From contig NW_002060949.1 of assembly GCF_000150275.1 (NCBI RefSeq), forward strand, positions 5,809,535 through 5,873,534: a DNA stretch of 64,000 nt. Direction: 5' to 3'. The stretch comes from Trichoplax adhaerens. Lineage: Eukaryota; Animalia; Placozoa. This document shows positions 38,601 through 51,384 of this stretch, piece after piece. Both the position numbers and the translations under genes were made by a program. Below the pieces are notes generated by a model. The model was not told the DNA's origin, ran no database searches, and saw nothing but the letters and a program-made list of their open reading frames with translations. Position 1 is the stretch's first letter, and each line of letters begins with the position of its first letter.

Positions 38601-40520
38601 GATTATATATATTTTATATCACCTAATTTGTACATGTACCATTTTTTTTACGTTGGGCATTATTGTAGACTTACTCCTAGCAACTATTCTTGGTATGCTG
38701 CCTATTTAGCTAATGCCTATCCGTTGGATATGAGTCAGTATAAGAACTTGTTTAAATCAACGCGTATTCCTAAGCTTAACATGGACTATAATCAAGCATT
38801 TCCTGATTCTAATCATATACTGGTGATGAAAAATGGTCGTTTTTATACGTTTAATGTTATTGATCCTATTGATGGTATGTATACAGGTTGCATAACTTAG
38901 CAATATTGCATAAATGTGCTCGTCGTTTACTGCATTCTATAACGAGAACTGCTATTTTAACGGTTCTAAGGTTCTCCGCTACCTCCCGCATATATTTACG
39001 CACAACTACGTAATATTGCCGAGAGCGAGTCTTCACCTCCTGAGTTTCCTATTAATTTCTTAACAACCGAAAATCGTGATACCTGGGCTAATCTTAGAGA
39101 AGAATTAGAAGCTGATGAATTAAATGCCGAATCTTTAAAAGCAATTGACAGTGCCATATTGGCACTGTGTTTAGATGATGTTGGACATGATGACCCTGCT
39201 AAAGCTATGTTACAAGTATTACACGGAAACGGATATAATAGGTATAGAACTACAATTATATATTATATTATAGACTTTTAAATATTTTTACACGATGATA
39301 TATGTCCAAAACTGACATGTTTTCTTTAACTTAGATGGTTTGATAAATCGTTTCAAATAATAGTCAATAAGAAAGGTGAGGGTGCGATGAATTTTGAACA
39401 TGCTTGGGGTGATGGAGTGGCAGTAATGCGTTATGTAATAGACATGATCGATGACAGTAGTAAGAATTTAATTACTAAAGGTAAGAATTTCGGTACTGTT
39501 ATAAGATCTCCGTAAATGGAGTGCTCACAATAAAAGTCTATAGGAATCGCATAATCTCTTTATATTGTTTAGAATCCGTCTCGAGCAATGTTGATATTGA
39601 AAGTCAGACCAAGGAGCTACAATTTAACTTGAGCGAAAATTTAAAATCTAGTATAAATGTAGCCAAGGAAAATTTTGTCGCTCTCAGTAATACACTAGAA
39701 TCTCAAGTCGTACAATATGAAAAAATGAATAAGAATTACATAAAAGAAAAAAGATTGAGTCCGGATTCAGTTATGCAGCTTGCATTACAGGCATGCCACT
39801 CTTGAATTCAAAATTTTTTTAATTTATATACCTTACAATTGTTCTTTATTGAATGAAGATAAATTATTTATTCAATCAGCTCGCCTACTATAGAATGACA
39901 GGTCAAATTCCAACTGTTTATGAATCATGCAGTACTGCTGCTTTCAAGCACGGTCGAACTGAATGCCTAAGGTCTGTATCGATGTTAACAAAAGCATGCT
40001 GTGAAGCTTTTGGTAGGAATAATCCAGCTACTGCATCCGAGATAAGAGAGCTTATGGGAAAGTGTTCCGATTATCATGGAAAACTGACAAGAGAAGCATC
40101 TATGGGCAAGTCTATATTTACGATATTGCTGTAGCCAAATATGAATATATTTTCTTTTGAACGATATTTTCTTGTTTTATAGGTCAAGGATTTGATCGCC
40201 ATCTGTTTGCATTAAGAGTTTTAGCCGCATCAAGCTTAAATAAATTGCCCGATATCTTCTTGGATCCTACTTTTAGCAAGGCTTCACACTTTACCTTATC
40301 AACGAGCACTTTAGGAACTGAGTACATTACCAACGGTGGTTTCGGCCCTGTAGTTAAAGATGGTCTTGGGCTGCCCTATATGGTCCTTAATGACTTTGTT
40401 GGGGTGACAATAACTAGCTATGAACCAAAAGGACGTGCTCAAGCTTTCGCAGATAGTGTCAAAAGAAGTTTAGATGACATTTACGATGTTCTAAATGGTA
40501 AAAATTTCAAGTCTAACTGA
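35613..40520 (+). CDS. CPT2: Carnitine O-palmitoyltransferase 2, mitochondrial
   Basis: Basic/hydroxylated presequence MAYSSIQLANSKLSPRILRYGSYAK; PTMHYQPSLPRLPIP, KNKHTSYI, AYPLDMSQY, NRWFDKSF, catalytic FEHAWGDGVAV, YESCSTAAFKHGRTE, MGQGFDRHLFAL, LSTSTL, GGFGPVVKDGLG. Confidence 0.97.
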
Positions 40521-41415
40521 ATGTAACAATTCATAGAGCTAAAGTGCTAATATTACTGAAGACTTTCTTTCTCTATAAACAAGTAATTAGTTTATGTTAA
40601 GATACGTAAGTTATTGATATTTTGGATACAGTACAGTGCAGCTATGATAAAATTGCATAAATGTCATCAATATTTAGCGTACATATTTTTTATCGGTTGA
40701 AAATTATTAGACGGTTTAACGTTAAATCTACACCAAACTGTGTTAATGTACTTAAATGTACGGGCATACATTCGTGCAATTTCATTCTTTTCACGAATAT
40801 TTGTACTGTAATGGCTTAATCTGTTCGTGATTGGGCTCGATTCTCTTCGATTGCGAATGTGGTTATAATATTGCGATATTAGTAAGGAATATTAGTAAAG
40901 CAAATTGATTAAAGAGATTCCTCTGATTCGACTATTGTGCTCACTCATATTAATTGTAAGACAGAAAATGGAACAATAAATGTGCGAGTTGCGAGTAAGT
41001 TGATTTATTCCTTAATGGTCACACCATGGCATAGTACAAAGAATTTCCTTTATCATAATTATTACCACCCTTAGTTCCAGCATACGAATATAAATAAATA
41101 CTGGTTAAGACCGGAAATTTTATTTCTTAAATAGTATTTCGATAGTATCTACTATTGTTCTGTATGCGTATAGACTCTCAGATCATCTATAGTGCTAAAA
41201 AAATCGTTGGTATATGATTATATATCTGCATACCTAGCTATCCCTATGGTCCAACTCGAAGTATAATCTGATACGTAGAATATAGTGTATTCTTATATTG
41301 CAAAGAGGTACAGTGCATCTAAAATAGCTTACTTGTGATTACATAAGGAGTTTCATTCTTACCTTGTTATTGATATTTAAAAGTTAGGAGAGCACTTATA
41401 ATAAAGAGTTTGTTG

Positions 41416-43996
41416 CTAAACTTGATCATTTTGCGCACCTTTAAGCAAGATACAGACAGGATGGCTCTCTAAGCTCCAGCCATAATCAGTCGCTACTTTA
41501 ACCCAGACTACGATATATCTGCCCGCTGGTACATTATTAATCAGACAGTCTGTAGTATTACAATTATAGGTATTCTTATAATGGGATGATTTGTGATTGA
41601 TATGGCAGGTATTGCTACTAGTTTCAGCGTAATTAATCTGATAAAAATGAAGATTAGATTTCCCGATGTATCCAGATTTAAACTTAATACGAAATCCAGT
41701 GTTGGTAATATTAGTGATGGCAATATTAGTGACAGGCTCAGGCACATCTAACAGTAGTTAAAAAATAAAATCCACATTAAAATAGATCATATCTCTTCAT
41801 CGTCTCTTTATAGTTGTTTATAATAATCTAAATAAAACAATGATAAAGTAGAATTGTCGATACTTCAGAATCTAATGAGATTTACGATACTAGCATAATT
41901 CATTAATAGTATTATTTTCAATTGGCTATGGCAGACTGCCATCTTAAAATCTCACCGGCAACAACAATGGAAATATCTTTAGTCAGTTTTCCATATTCAT
42001 TTCTGGCAGTACATGAGCAGATTCCAGTCTGTCTTAAGGATAGAGATTGTAATTCTATTATATTATTCTTGTATTCGAAGCGACCACGTTCATTTATGCA
42101 TGTCCAAGTAATAGTTGGCAATGGTACTGCAGTAGCTTTGCATGTTAAAGTAATACTTAGACCTGCAACTACTTCTAGGTGTGTTATTTCATTTTTCTTA
42201 GGTATTATAACCATGTCAATCGGTGGGCTTATAACCATGTCAATCGGTGGGCCTATATCAATTATAAGAGAATACCAATTGATCAGTGATATAATATTAA
42301 CAGGTATAAATTGCAACAGATACTAATCTCTTGAGTAAAAGTTAATAGTCACGAAACAGGATTGGGATTAAGTAGTGAATTAAATTTTAAAAACTTTAAC
42401 AAGTATGATTATGTTACGAATAGTCTAGACGTATAAAGAATATTAAAATTATTTGACACGACTATAGCATAGTCTTTAATAAGATGGGGATTAAAAAAGA
42501 ATGAACTGTTTAAAAGTTTTATCAGGAATTATATTAAAAATACAGGGAATAGTTAGTCAGCTATTTGATGCGATAACCCAATCATAGCGTAGTCAGAAAA
42601 AGGAAAGGGATTAGATGACGAATTAATCTTGAATGACTTCAATAAAAATTATAGTAAGAATACAAGGAATATCCAATAAACTATTTAACGTGATTATGCA
42701 TGCACGAGGAGACCTAAATGAGCTTCGGTGCATTAAAATAATTTTTTAAAGATTTTTTATAAATATAGCAAACAGGAACACTACTTATACATAATTAGTT
42801 TACTCTCAATTTTGATATTATAACTCCTATATTACCGTGAACTTGGATAAAAAGGTTTTTCTTGAACACTTTATTTTGGTATTGTACAATTGCGGTTTCA
42901 TAAATATATTTTCCGCTATTTCTGTATCCAACAGGGGGTATGTAAAGCCTGTCCGATGAATAAGAATTTCCGAAATTGATCACGTAATAGCAAGGTTCTA
43001 AAATAGTAAAACTTGATTGTCTCCTTGAATTTATATCGCACTTGGCTATGCGAGATCCATTCTCGAACTTCCAACTAGTAGAAGAATGTAATGGTTTTAT
43101 TGCCGCATCACTTCCAGTAACGAAAATACTTTGACCCAGAATTAGTGATACAGTCCCACTAGGAGTTAGAGTGATATCATTGGATGAATACAGTTCTAGT
43201 AATGAATATGAAAGTCGATATTAATTTCAGAGATAGAAGTAAATTTTGTACTTAATTCTATCACGCAATTTGGGGTGATATAGTCTTCAATAATTGATAT
43301 GAATTATAAGCTCAGGCTATTGAATATTCATTGCTTACACAGCACCATTTCGGCTTTTAATACTGATTACTTGCAGTGCCGTGGACTTCTTAACTTAATA
43401 TAGATAAGTACGATGTATATGAAAGAAATCATTACCTTTTTCACAATATTTTCCTGTAAAACCGTCGTTGCATGAGCAAGTAAATATTTTCCAAAGCGAA
43501 TGACATACCCCGTTCTTGCAAGGGCGCCTTGAGCATGAGGTAATATCTATAATGAATCAATTGATTAAAAAAATTACAAAACTAATGGGCTTAAAAAAAT
43601 CATGTCTTATTCAGTAAATAGAAAATTTTTCTTAATTTGTTAACCTGTTTGGCAATACTTTCCAGTTCTAGAACCTGGGCAAAGGCAAGCATCTCCATCA
43701 AGTCCATGATAACATGTCGATTCTGCATGGCATCTATTATTCGCACAAGCGGCTTTTGCTGAAATTATAATTGTACCTTTAGATTTTATCACAGTTGAAT
43801 ATGAAACTGCATACATTCTAAAAGAAATTAAGCTATAAAACATTGCTAGTTTATGTACATGAAAGCCTGCTACATGTAATTGAGAGCGTTAGCTGTTTCA
43901 TAATAGCATATTTCGTATGTTATTTGAATTCATACCTTGATTTAAGTAATAGCAGGATAGAATTAAAACAGTGCTAAAAATCACGATTGATCGCAT
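41416..43996 (-). CDS. Secreted or cell-surface protein: signal peptide - 2 EGF-like - Ig-like - Ig I-set - FN3; 3' end uncertain
   Basis: Exon 1 MRSIVIFSTVLILSCYYLNQ; EGF CANNRCHAESTC...CLCPGSRTGKYC and CSRRPCKNGVC...CSCNDGFTGKYC; Ig ITLTCKATAVPLPTITW...GICSCTARNEYG; FN3 PEPVTNIAITNIT...YIVVWVKVATDYGWSLES; domain-coding exons flanked by phase-1 introns. Confidence 0.85.
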
Positions 43997-45240
43997 AATT
44001 ACTCTTTAGTTAAAAAAACCGTAATCACTCCAAGTGGATAAGAGGTATCGCTGCTAGAGCTGGCTACAATGAGAAGAAAGAGATTTTACTAATAAGAAAA
44101 TGAGGAATATTGCAAAACGTAAATTGTCCTCTATAATTTTCGATATTTACTTGATAATTTCAGGCTGAATTTCTAACTGGTCGCCAGCCGAAACATATAG
44201 ATGAAAGTCATTAGCCACGGACGTGTTAAATGAATCCCGCAGTGAGTAGGCATTTATCCTTGTGAAGGCTTCTTTATAGGGAAATTTTAATTTACTTGAA
44301 TCATTGACGAAGATATATATAGTCTTATATTCTTGATCTTCATGGATATCGATTCATTGACCACATTAAGATGCCTAAGTTACTACAGCATACCCAGTAA
44401 ACCTTTAATTGGACCAATGATGCACAAATTAGGCATTAAATCGAATACTAAATTGGAGACTACTTCGATAATTAAAATGAGTAATTACTCGTACCTTTTT
44501 TTATAGATATCTTCCTGTTGTTAAACTCGTTATATAAACGCATAATTTATGGTCCAGTTAGAGAATAAACAGACATCGCAATGATACTTATCTAACCTTA
44601 TTTATAAGGAAAAGTAACACGAATAGATTAATCAGGTAAATTGATTATTTATATTTGGTCATATTTCCTTTTATACCAACTTACAGTATATATATACCAT
44701 ACCATTACAGTCTATTACACAGTATATTGTATGCTTTGCGTTCTTATTTTGCCCAGCTTTAGCTATTTATAGAGCATAGATAATCGGATTTGCTATCTAC
44801 AGGATAGCCTAATCGAACTTTGTGTTATATTCTTGCCGCGAAGATAACATATAATAACTGAAAGAACTGCGATATTAATAAAATTATTTTATTTAGATCG
44901 TTCAGTATCATCTCCGCTATATAATTTCTAAAGTAATGAGGTTTGCATAGTATATTCTGACCGTACTACGAACTTATTCATTCATTACCAATTTTCTATT
45001 TATTGAACATTTACTTAACTGCTTAATAATTAGGGATGCAAAGTCGTACAATAAATTCCCTTGATGTTAACCTTTGCAAGCTGATTGGAAAATGATTTTA
45101 ACATATCTAAATGAAATCTAAGATTCGACTTTTGTGCCTACATCCATAATATTACCGCAGAATCCTATAGTATCATAATTATAATAGGCTTGCTTTAATT
45201 CTGTTGGAAGATTGCAATATGTAAGCCCTTCATTAGAAAC

Positions 45241-45289
45241 TACTGTTAGCAATGAGCAAGGCCAGCAAAGCGGCCAGCAATCACTCTAG
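45241..45289 (+). mobile_element. Helitron-like 3' terminus (hairpin + CTAG)
   Basis: GGCC-A-GC-AAA-GC-GGCC hairpin followed 10 nt later by CTAG; same inner loop as the element at 51926. Confidence 0.35.
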
Positions 45290-45963
45290 AGTACTACAAT
45301 AAAGTTATGGCTGTGTTGTTGTTCAAATATTACGTAAACACCGGCGCTCTACAGTTAATAACCCCCAAAAGAAAGTTTGTCGAAGCTTTATTAACCTTTA
45401 ACTGTTTTACTATCTTATTGATTTTCGTCGTTTCGGTTTATGAAGCAACTTACACGAATTTAAATTAGAATAAAACCGAAATATCTTAAAATAATAATTA
45501 CAGCAATGACAGTACAGGCAGTATTACCGCTTGTGTAAACATTCTACACTACAATTGTTATTATACTGTACATACATTAGTTCAAAATTCCTTTACGTAA
45601 AAACTGTCATGCAAATAATGCAAGTTGAAAAATGTATCACAGCAATGTAAAATATACTACTACCCATATACTGGAACGAGGAAAGGTTTATGGGGAATTT
45701 CAAAATAAACCAAAATGGCATTTTGCTAGAAGATCAAGATTTCCATTCAAAGGATAACCTGTACTAATTCACAGTTCTACAGTAGTACTACATGGTTATG
45801 TTCGTCGGAAACTAAATCTACAACCAAATATTACGAAAGTGACAAAAAAGACTACCGTAGCCTCATATATAATAAAATCACTTGCAATGTGTTACGTATA
45901 GTCGAGCACAGCGTAAAATGATTGAATGTCAATTAATAAGAGGTAATTCCATGTAGAGTAATA

Positions 45964-48900
45964 TTATGTTGAATTCTTAGTTCTACCCATTCCTTCCAAC
46001 TGCTCTTTAAAATCCTGACGTTTATCTTCCGGTACACAACTTAACATCTCTTGCATTAATACGGCCATTTTATTCTTACCCCTAATTATAAAACATAACG
46101 GATTATTATGGCTTAATAATACCACATTAATCCCATTTCTTACTCTAAACAAAGTCATTCTAAAATACTCGATAGTGCACAACTTACTTATCCTTTTTTA
46201 CACGTAGTTGTCTTTCCTGTAATAAAGCATACTTTCTTAACGCAGGATTATTTTTGACATCAATTTGTACTTTACTCTCCATTAATCATCATTGTCAATA
46301 TGAGTAAAATGTATTAGATTTCTATCTTACCATTTTTTCAGTTTTATCCCTTTCATTTTCAGGTACAGTCTAAAAGGACGAAAAATAAAATTGCTTAATG
46401 GGATGAAGAGTAGAAATACCATAATTAATATTGCAGTACCTGCAGAAATTCTCGTAAGTTTGTTTCATACTCTTGCTTTCTCTGAATAAAGTAAATGTCA
46501 ATATTTAAGTGGATGGTTAATGATGAGATAGGTATAGGTAATCTCTATAATTTAAGGTTATACCTTTTGCAATTCTTGTTCGTAATACGTCTTTTCTTCG
46601 GTAGATAAGTTATTCCACTTTTCTCTTAAAGTTACACCAATATCAGAAAATGATTTTCCTTTAACGTTATTTTTCTTATAAAAGTCACCAACAAATATGT
46701 TATATGAAGTCCTAAAAACAAATTTTTCCATGTTATAGCAATTACAAGCCGCTACCCCTGAGTACATATGGTACCATTGTTACAAAATTTTAGCTACAAT
46801 TCTTAAGATTGAAAACTTACGCAGGTGGATGTTTTACAATGGGACGATACTTGGAAGTACTTTTTTCCTTATCAGTCAAGCGAAAGTTTGGCTCTGATTT
46901 TCTCATCTCCTTTATTTCATTCTATCCATGTCATAACAACGATGGTTTTAATTAACATCATTGGCCGAAATCTCTGATTAACATATGTAAGATAGCGCAT
47001 ACGCAACCTGATAGCGAGCAAGGTCAAAATTAGATGCTTTCTTCCATTCAATTGTCTGCTCATCGGATAAATTTTTCCATTCTTTGCTAATAATGAGACG
47101 ACTCTCTTTCAATGATTTCTACGTAGATGTAGACGAGGTAATGTACAGTTTCATAAAGGTAGACAGATAAAGGATATTGTAGATATTCCTAACAGCAATA
47201 TAAAAATCTCCTTGAGTTACGTACCCCTTCTTCTTTTAGTTCATTTAATCGCACGCGCAAGAAGCAATGGTAAGGAGAGCTTTAAATTTAAAAGGGTGCA
47301 ATATATTAACAAATTCTGTTTCGTTACAGCTGTTGTAAGCAGTAATACAGCAAAATATTACCGTGGAGGGCGTATCTTCTTCTTTCTCTTAGGGCTATTA
47401 TTGAAATAATAGTAAAAAATTTTAGAACTTGTGTGTATTTTTTTACAACATTAGTGTTTTAGCAGTATAGTCATAGACTCACGGTATGGTTTTACGTGAT
47501 TTCTTGGGCCCCTTAGCAGTACTAACTCCAAGTCTATTTATAGAAACGATTGCAATTGTAATATTAATGGCTATTAGAATTTGACTAAAAAATGAAATTT
47601 AATCATCCAGTTACTTGGCCAGTGTTTCCTTATATACTTTCTCATCCTCTAAATATTTTTCTTGATATTTTTTCTAACGTAATTTACAAATGAAGATAAA
47701 AATTATCAACAATCAACCATGGCACGTAACAACTTCATTAAACAATTGAGTAACTACCTTTTTCTTATCCGGTAGATTTCTCCACACTTCGCTGATTTTC
47801 TTAGATGCTTCAACTGAAGTTATCTTTGATTGTTTACCGATTAATTTCTTCCGTCTTTCAGCATAAAACTGCAAGTATGCATTGAGAGGCTTTTTAGGTA
47901 AGTCATGCTGGCAATTTTCCCAATACTAAAAATTCAATATCACAGTTGAGATAAATGCAATAACTTTGAAAAATAAAGTATATGCAAGACTGTATTTCTG
48001 TGTTTTTTTATCATGGTGAAGGTTGCTTCGAAGATCTTACATCAGATCCAGTTCCTTTAATGGCGTTCACCATTTCATGGACAGATCGTGTTTTTCTCAT
48101 CTTTTTAAGATAAATCGAGCAAGATGTTATTATACGTGGAGTGTATTGAAAAAAAATAGTGTAAAAAAGCGACAGTTGAAAAAATTTATTGATAGGCATT
48201 GTTAACTGCTTTAAATTATTTTACAAACATTTTTCGTTAGTTTTTTCCATTTTTCCATCAAATCTTCACCGCTATGGTTATTCCAAGCAATTTCATCCCA
48301 ATTTATTTTACCGTTGTAAGGCATATTTAAAGGTGTAAGTGTGGCCAGACGTTCGAACAATTTTTCATATGTTTTACCACTCCATCCGTCTTCGTCATCT
48401 AATTTGAAAGAGTATCTACTTTATAATTGTAAAAATTAACAACCGCAAAAGCTAGTGATATCTACTCGAATATATGTATTTATTAACGATAGGAAATCGA
48501 TGTTGGCTATAGCCTTTTAAAATTTCTCTTACGAATAGTTTAATTTCTTATACCGTACCACTTTTATAATAAAGTCCAGTATCAACTTTTATTAACATAG
48601 CTAAGTCTAAGTATACAGTATATGCCTATCATAGGCAAGTGACGGTAAATTATACGAGTATAGAGAGTTGACTATTTTGGCATTAAATGGAATAAAGCTG
48701 CAATTGAAATAAACTATTTATTTGTTACCTGAACCTGCAGCGCCACTCAAAGATTCACCTTGCGATGATTCACTGAAGCAAGATTAATTTTGTTATGGAA
48801 AAATGGGATATTTATTAGTATCAGTGTAACTTAATCATCTTTAATTCAAGTGTCATTTTTAAATCTCCACTAGTAAAATTTTCGAATCTTAGCACTATCG

Positions 48901-50951
48901 TGGTAGTAGATTAAAATAGGTACTACAGGGTAGTATTTACTTGCAACTATTGAAAGAGAGATATTTTTATGAATGATAATGTTGTCCATCTCTTTTCATC
49001 ATAGTACATACTTTCCTTCGTTGCTATGCAGTGCGGCCTTGGAGTCTGATAAGCGTTTCTTGGATTTTTTTTCTTTGGACTTCTTCTTCTTCTTTTTCTT
49101 CTTTTTCCTCTTTTTCTTACCTGTAATGATCAATTAATTATTGTCTTTCAATATAGTATGTGTTTTATGATGGTACGATATTACCTTCATTGATTGATAC
49201 TTGTAGCATTTGCAAATCAGATTGATAACGTATAGTATTAATGTAAATAAACAGAAAGAGTATTTACAAAAGATATTTCCAAAATAACACTTTTGGTTCT
49301 TGGGGATATTGTAGAGTTTAAGTAAGTGTCATCAATGCAATTTTGTACAACATTGCGATAGACAATTGGAACTAGTATCTATCAATAATAATTTACTGTA
49401 ATGGGAACTATTTTAGTCTTTGCTATAGATTAGATAGAGTGATGATGAAGGCATAGCCTGCAACGCTTGTTTATTCTGTTACCTTCGGCATCAGCATCTC
49501 CTTTACGATTACTCTTGGTTATGCGCACTTTTTTGGCACCTTTAACCTCAGCTAAGTTGTTTACAAAAGTAGAAAAAAATGAATGATGATTTAATCCTTG
49601 GTAGGAGGCATTGAAGAATACTTACGAATCGATACAAGAATATTATTATTTATGAGTAAATCAAATTATTATCATGACAATCACTGCAAATCATCCTGAT
49701 AGTGGTTTTATATCGTAAAGTAGGGTAAGCAACGTTGGATGTATCTCCATGTGTCAATCTCCAAGCTTTTTACACATTTAATTGTGTTTATGTACCAACC
49801 TTCATCAGTAGTACGTCGTTTTCTTTTTTTGGCTTTTTCCACAGTTTTCTTACGTTTTTTATCTTCGGAAATGACTAAATTTGTTTCTAGAATGTTATAA
49901 ATAAAGGTTGATTTATTTTATTGCTTTTTTTTTCTCTTTGCTCTCATTAAGTACATCATTATTTTCAATTGATTGGATATCCACTATTCCATTGAGGGTG
50001 GAAGTCGTCCATGAATTACCGGCTCTTGGATGGACTGATATTATTATTATTGTTATTGAAGTACAATGTCATGGATAAGTTGGTGTATTGCGAATACATT
50101 GTTGCAAAGAAGCATGTTCATTTTATTAGGCGGCTGTGTATTGATGATTACAGATGGTTGATTGACTGGTATGGCAATTTAGTCAGAGTATGTTGGGACT
50201 CGTTGACAGTCGTTTATGACTTGATCGTTATTCCATCGTCCATCCTATACTACTACGACAATGTATCGTTTGTAGGTGATCGCTCGATAGCAACGCTTAT
50301 CCCTGGTGTCTCCACGTGAATACAAATCAATGCTATGGTTATGGATTAAAAGAGCGGATTGCCACTGCAACTGCATGTGATGTTATACGACGAATAAGGG
50401 AAAATGCAATGGATGATGACTTGTTTCTTCCATGACGATAAAATGACCAAGACGATTTCAAGTCAGCATCGACAGGTAGAATACGATGACGACTTGCAAT
50501 GGCTGTGATTGATCAAGGTCCATGACGGTCGTCTAAAGCAAGTCATTATCGTCCAGTATGATTCATTCCTTCATACCTAGAATAAGCTGGTGTAGACCAT
50601 CCAGACGCTAGTATTACTGTATCATCACTCTCCTCCAATTGAATAGGATACAATAGATTGGAGTTTTAGTCGTGAAATGATTAGCTTAATTGATGCCACT
50701 GCATGGCTTTCCCCCACCATCATCATCAACGACATGGGAAAGTGCCACTGCAACAACTGTGGTAATGACTACCATTGCAACCAAGAATGTTGTTCTATCC
50801 AAGCACGCTACAACTCCTCTTTTCCAGCCAATAACAACATCAATAAAGTAGAAACAATCCTCATCCACTTACCTTCATCATTACTTTTGCTACTTTGCCT
50901 CTTTTTAGCTTTTCCAGTCGTTTTACTTCCTTGTCGATCAATTCCCGCCAT
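45964..50951 (-). CDS. UBTF: Upstream binding factor (UBF)-like nucleolar HMG-box protein, ~19 short exons
   Basis: UBF-type dimerization domain WSGKTYEKLFERL...INWDEIAWNNHSGEDLMEKWKKLTKNMRKTRSVHEMV followed by HMG boxes LPKKPLNAYLQFY...ISEVWRNLPDKKK, RPPRSPYHCFL...ISKEWKNLSDEQ and HPPATSYNIFV...LREKWNNLSTEEK; Lys-rich N-terminal exons starting MAGIDRQGSKTTGKAKKR. Confidence 0.85.
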
Positions 50952-51384
50952 GACTTGGACGACTTGATTTCAGTACTAAGCGCGATGCAATTCTTTTGCA
51001 TTTTGGCGTTTTGTCTGACTACAGTCCATTGGTGGCTACAGTGGAATTGGATGGTGATAGTGATGGCTGCGATAGGCGCTCTTGTAGTCGACGAATAGAG
51101 TAGATCAACTAGTGTATAGAACGTACTATAGGTTATGATAGTTACAGTACTCTTTTGGATTCTTACAATCCTAGCACTGTAATACCATACAGTAGTGGGT
51201 CGCTAGACGTCCTCTCGCGCCTATACTCAACCACTTGCATCGTTGACTTGACTTGCCTCCAAGTGCTCTGACGCAGCTTCCACTAACTACTTCAGCTCAA
51301 CATGGATACTTGGATAAGCAAATGCCTCAGTCAAGGCCTATTTTCCTCCCGATTGCTCGATAGATTTACTTTATAGTCTACTTT

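Noticed and set aside
16321-48205. Antisense ORFs at 16321-16512, 23728-23928, 28824-29006, 29634-29858, 33016-33620, 41922-42326, 47212-47409 and 48023-48205
   Set aside because: Shadows of real exons on the opposite strand.
49890-50870. Possible intronic snoRNAs in UBTF intron 1 (also looked in EEF1D introns)
   Set aside because: TGATGA-like words occur, but I found no properly spaced C/D box pair with terminal stem and rRNA-complementary guide; needs snoscan/Infernal.
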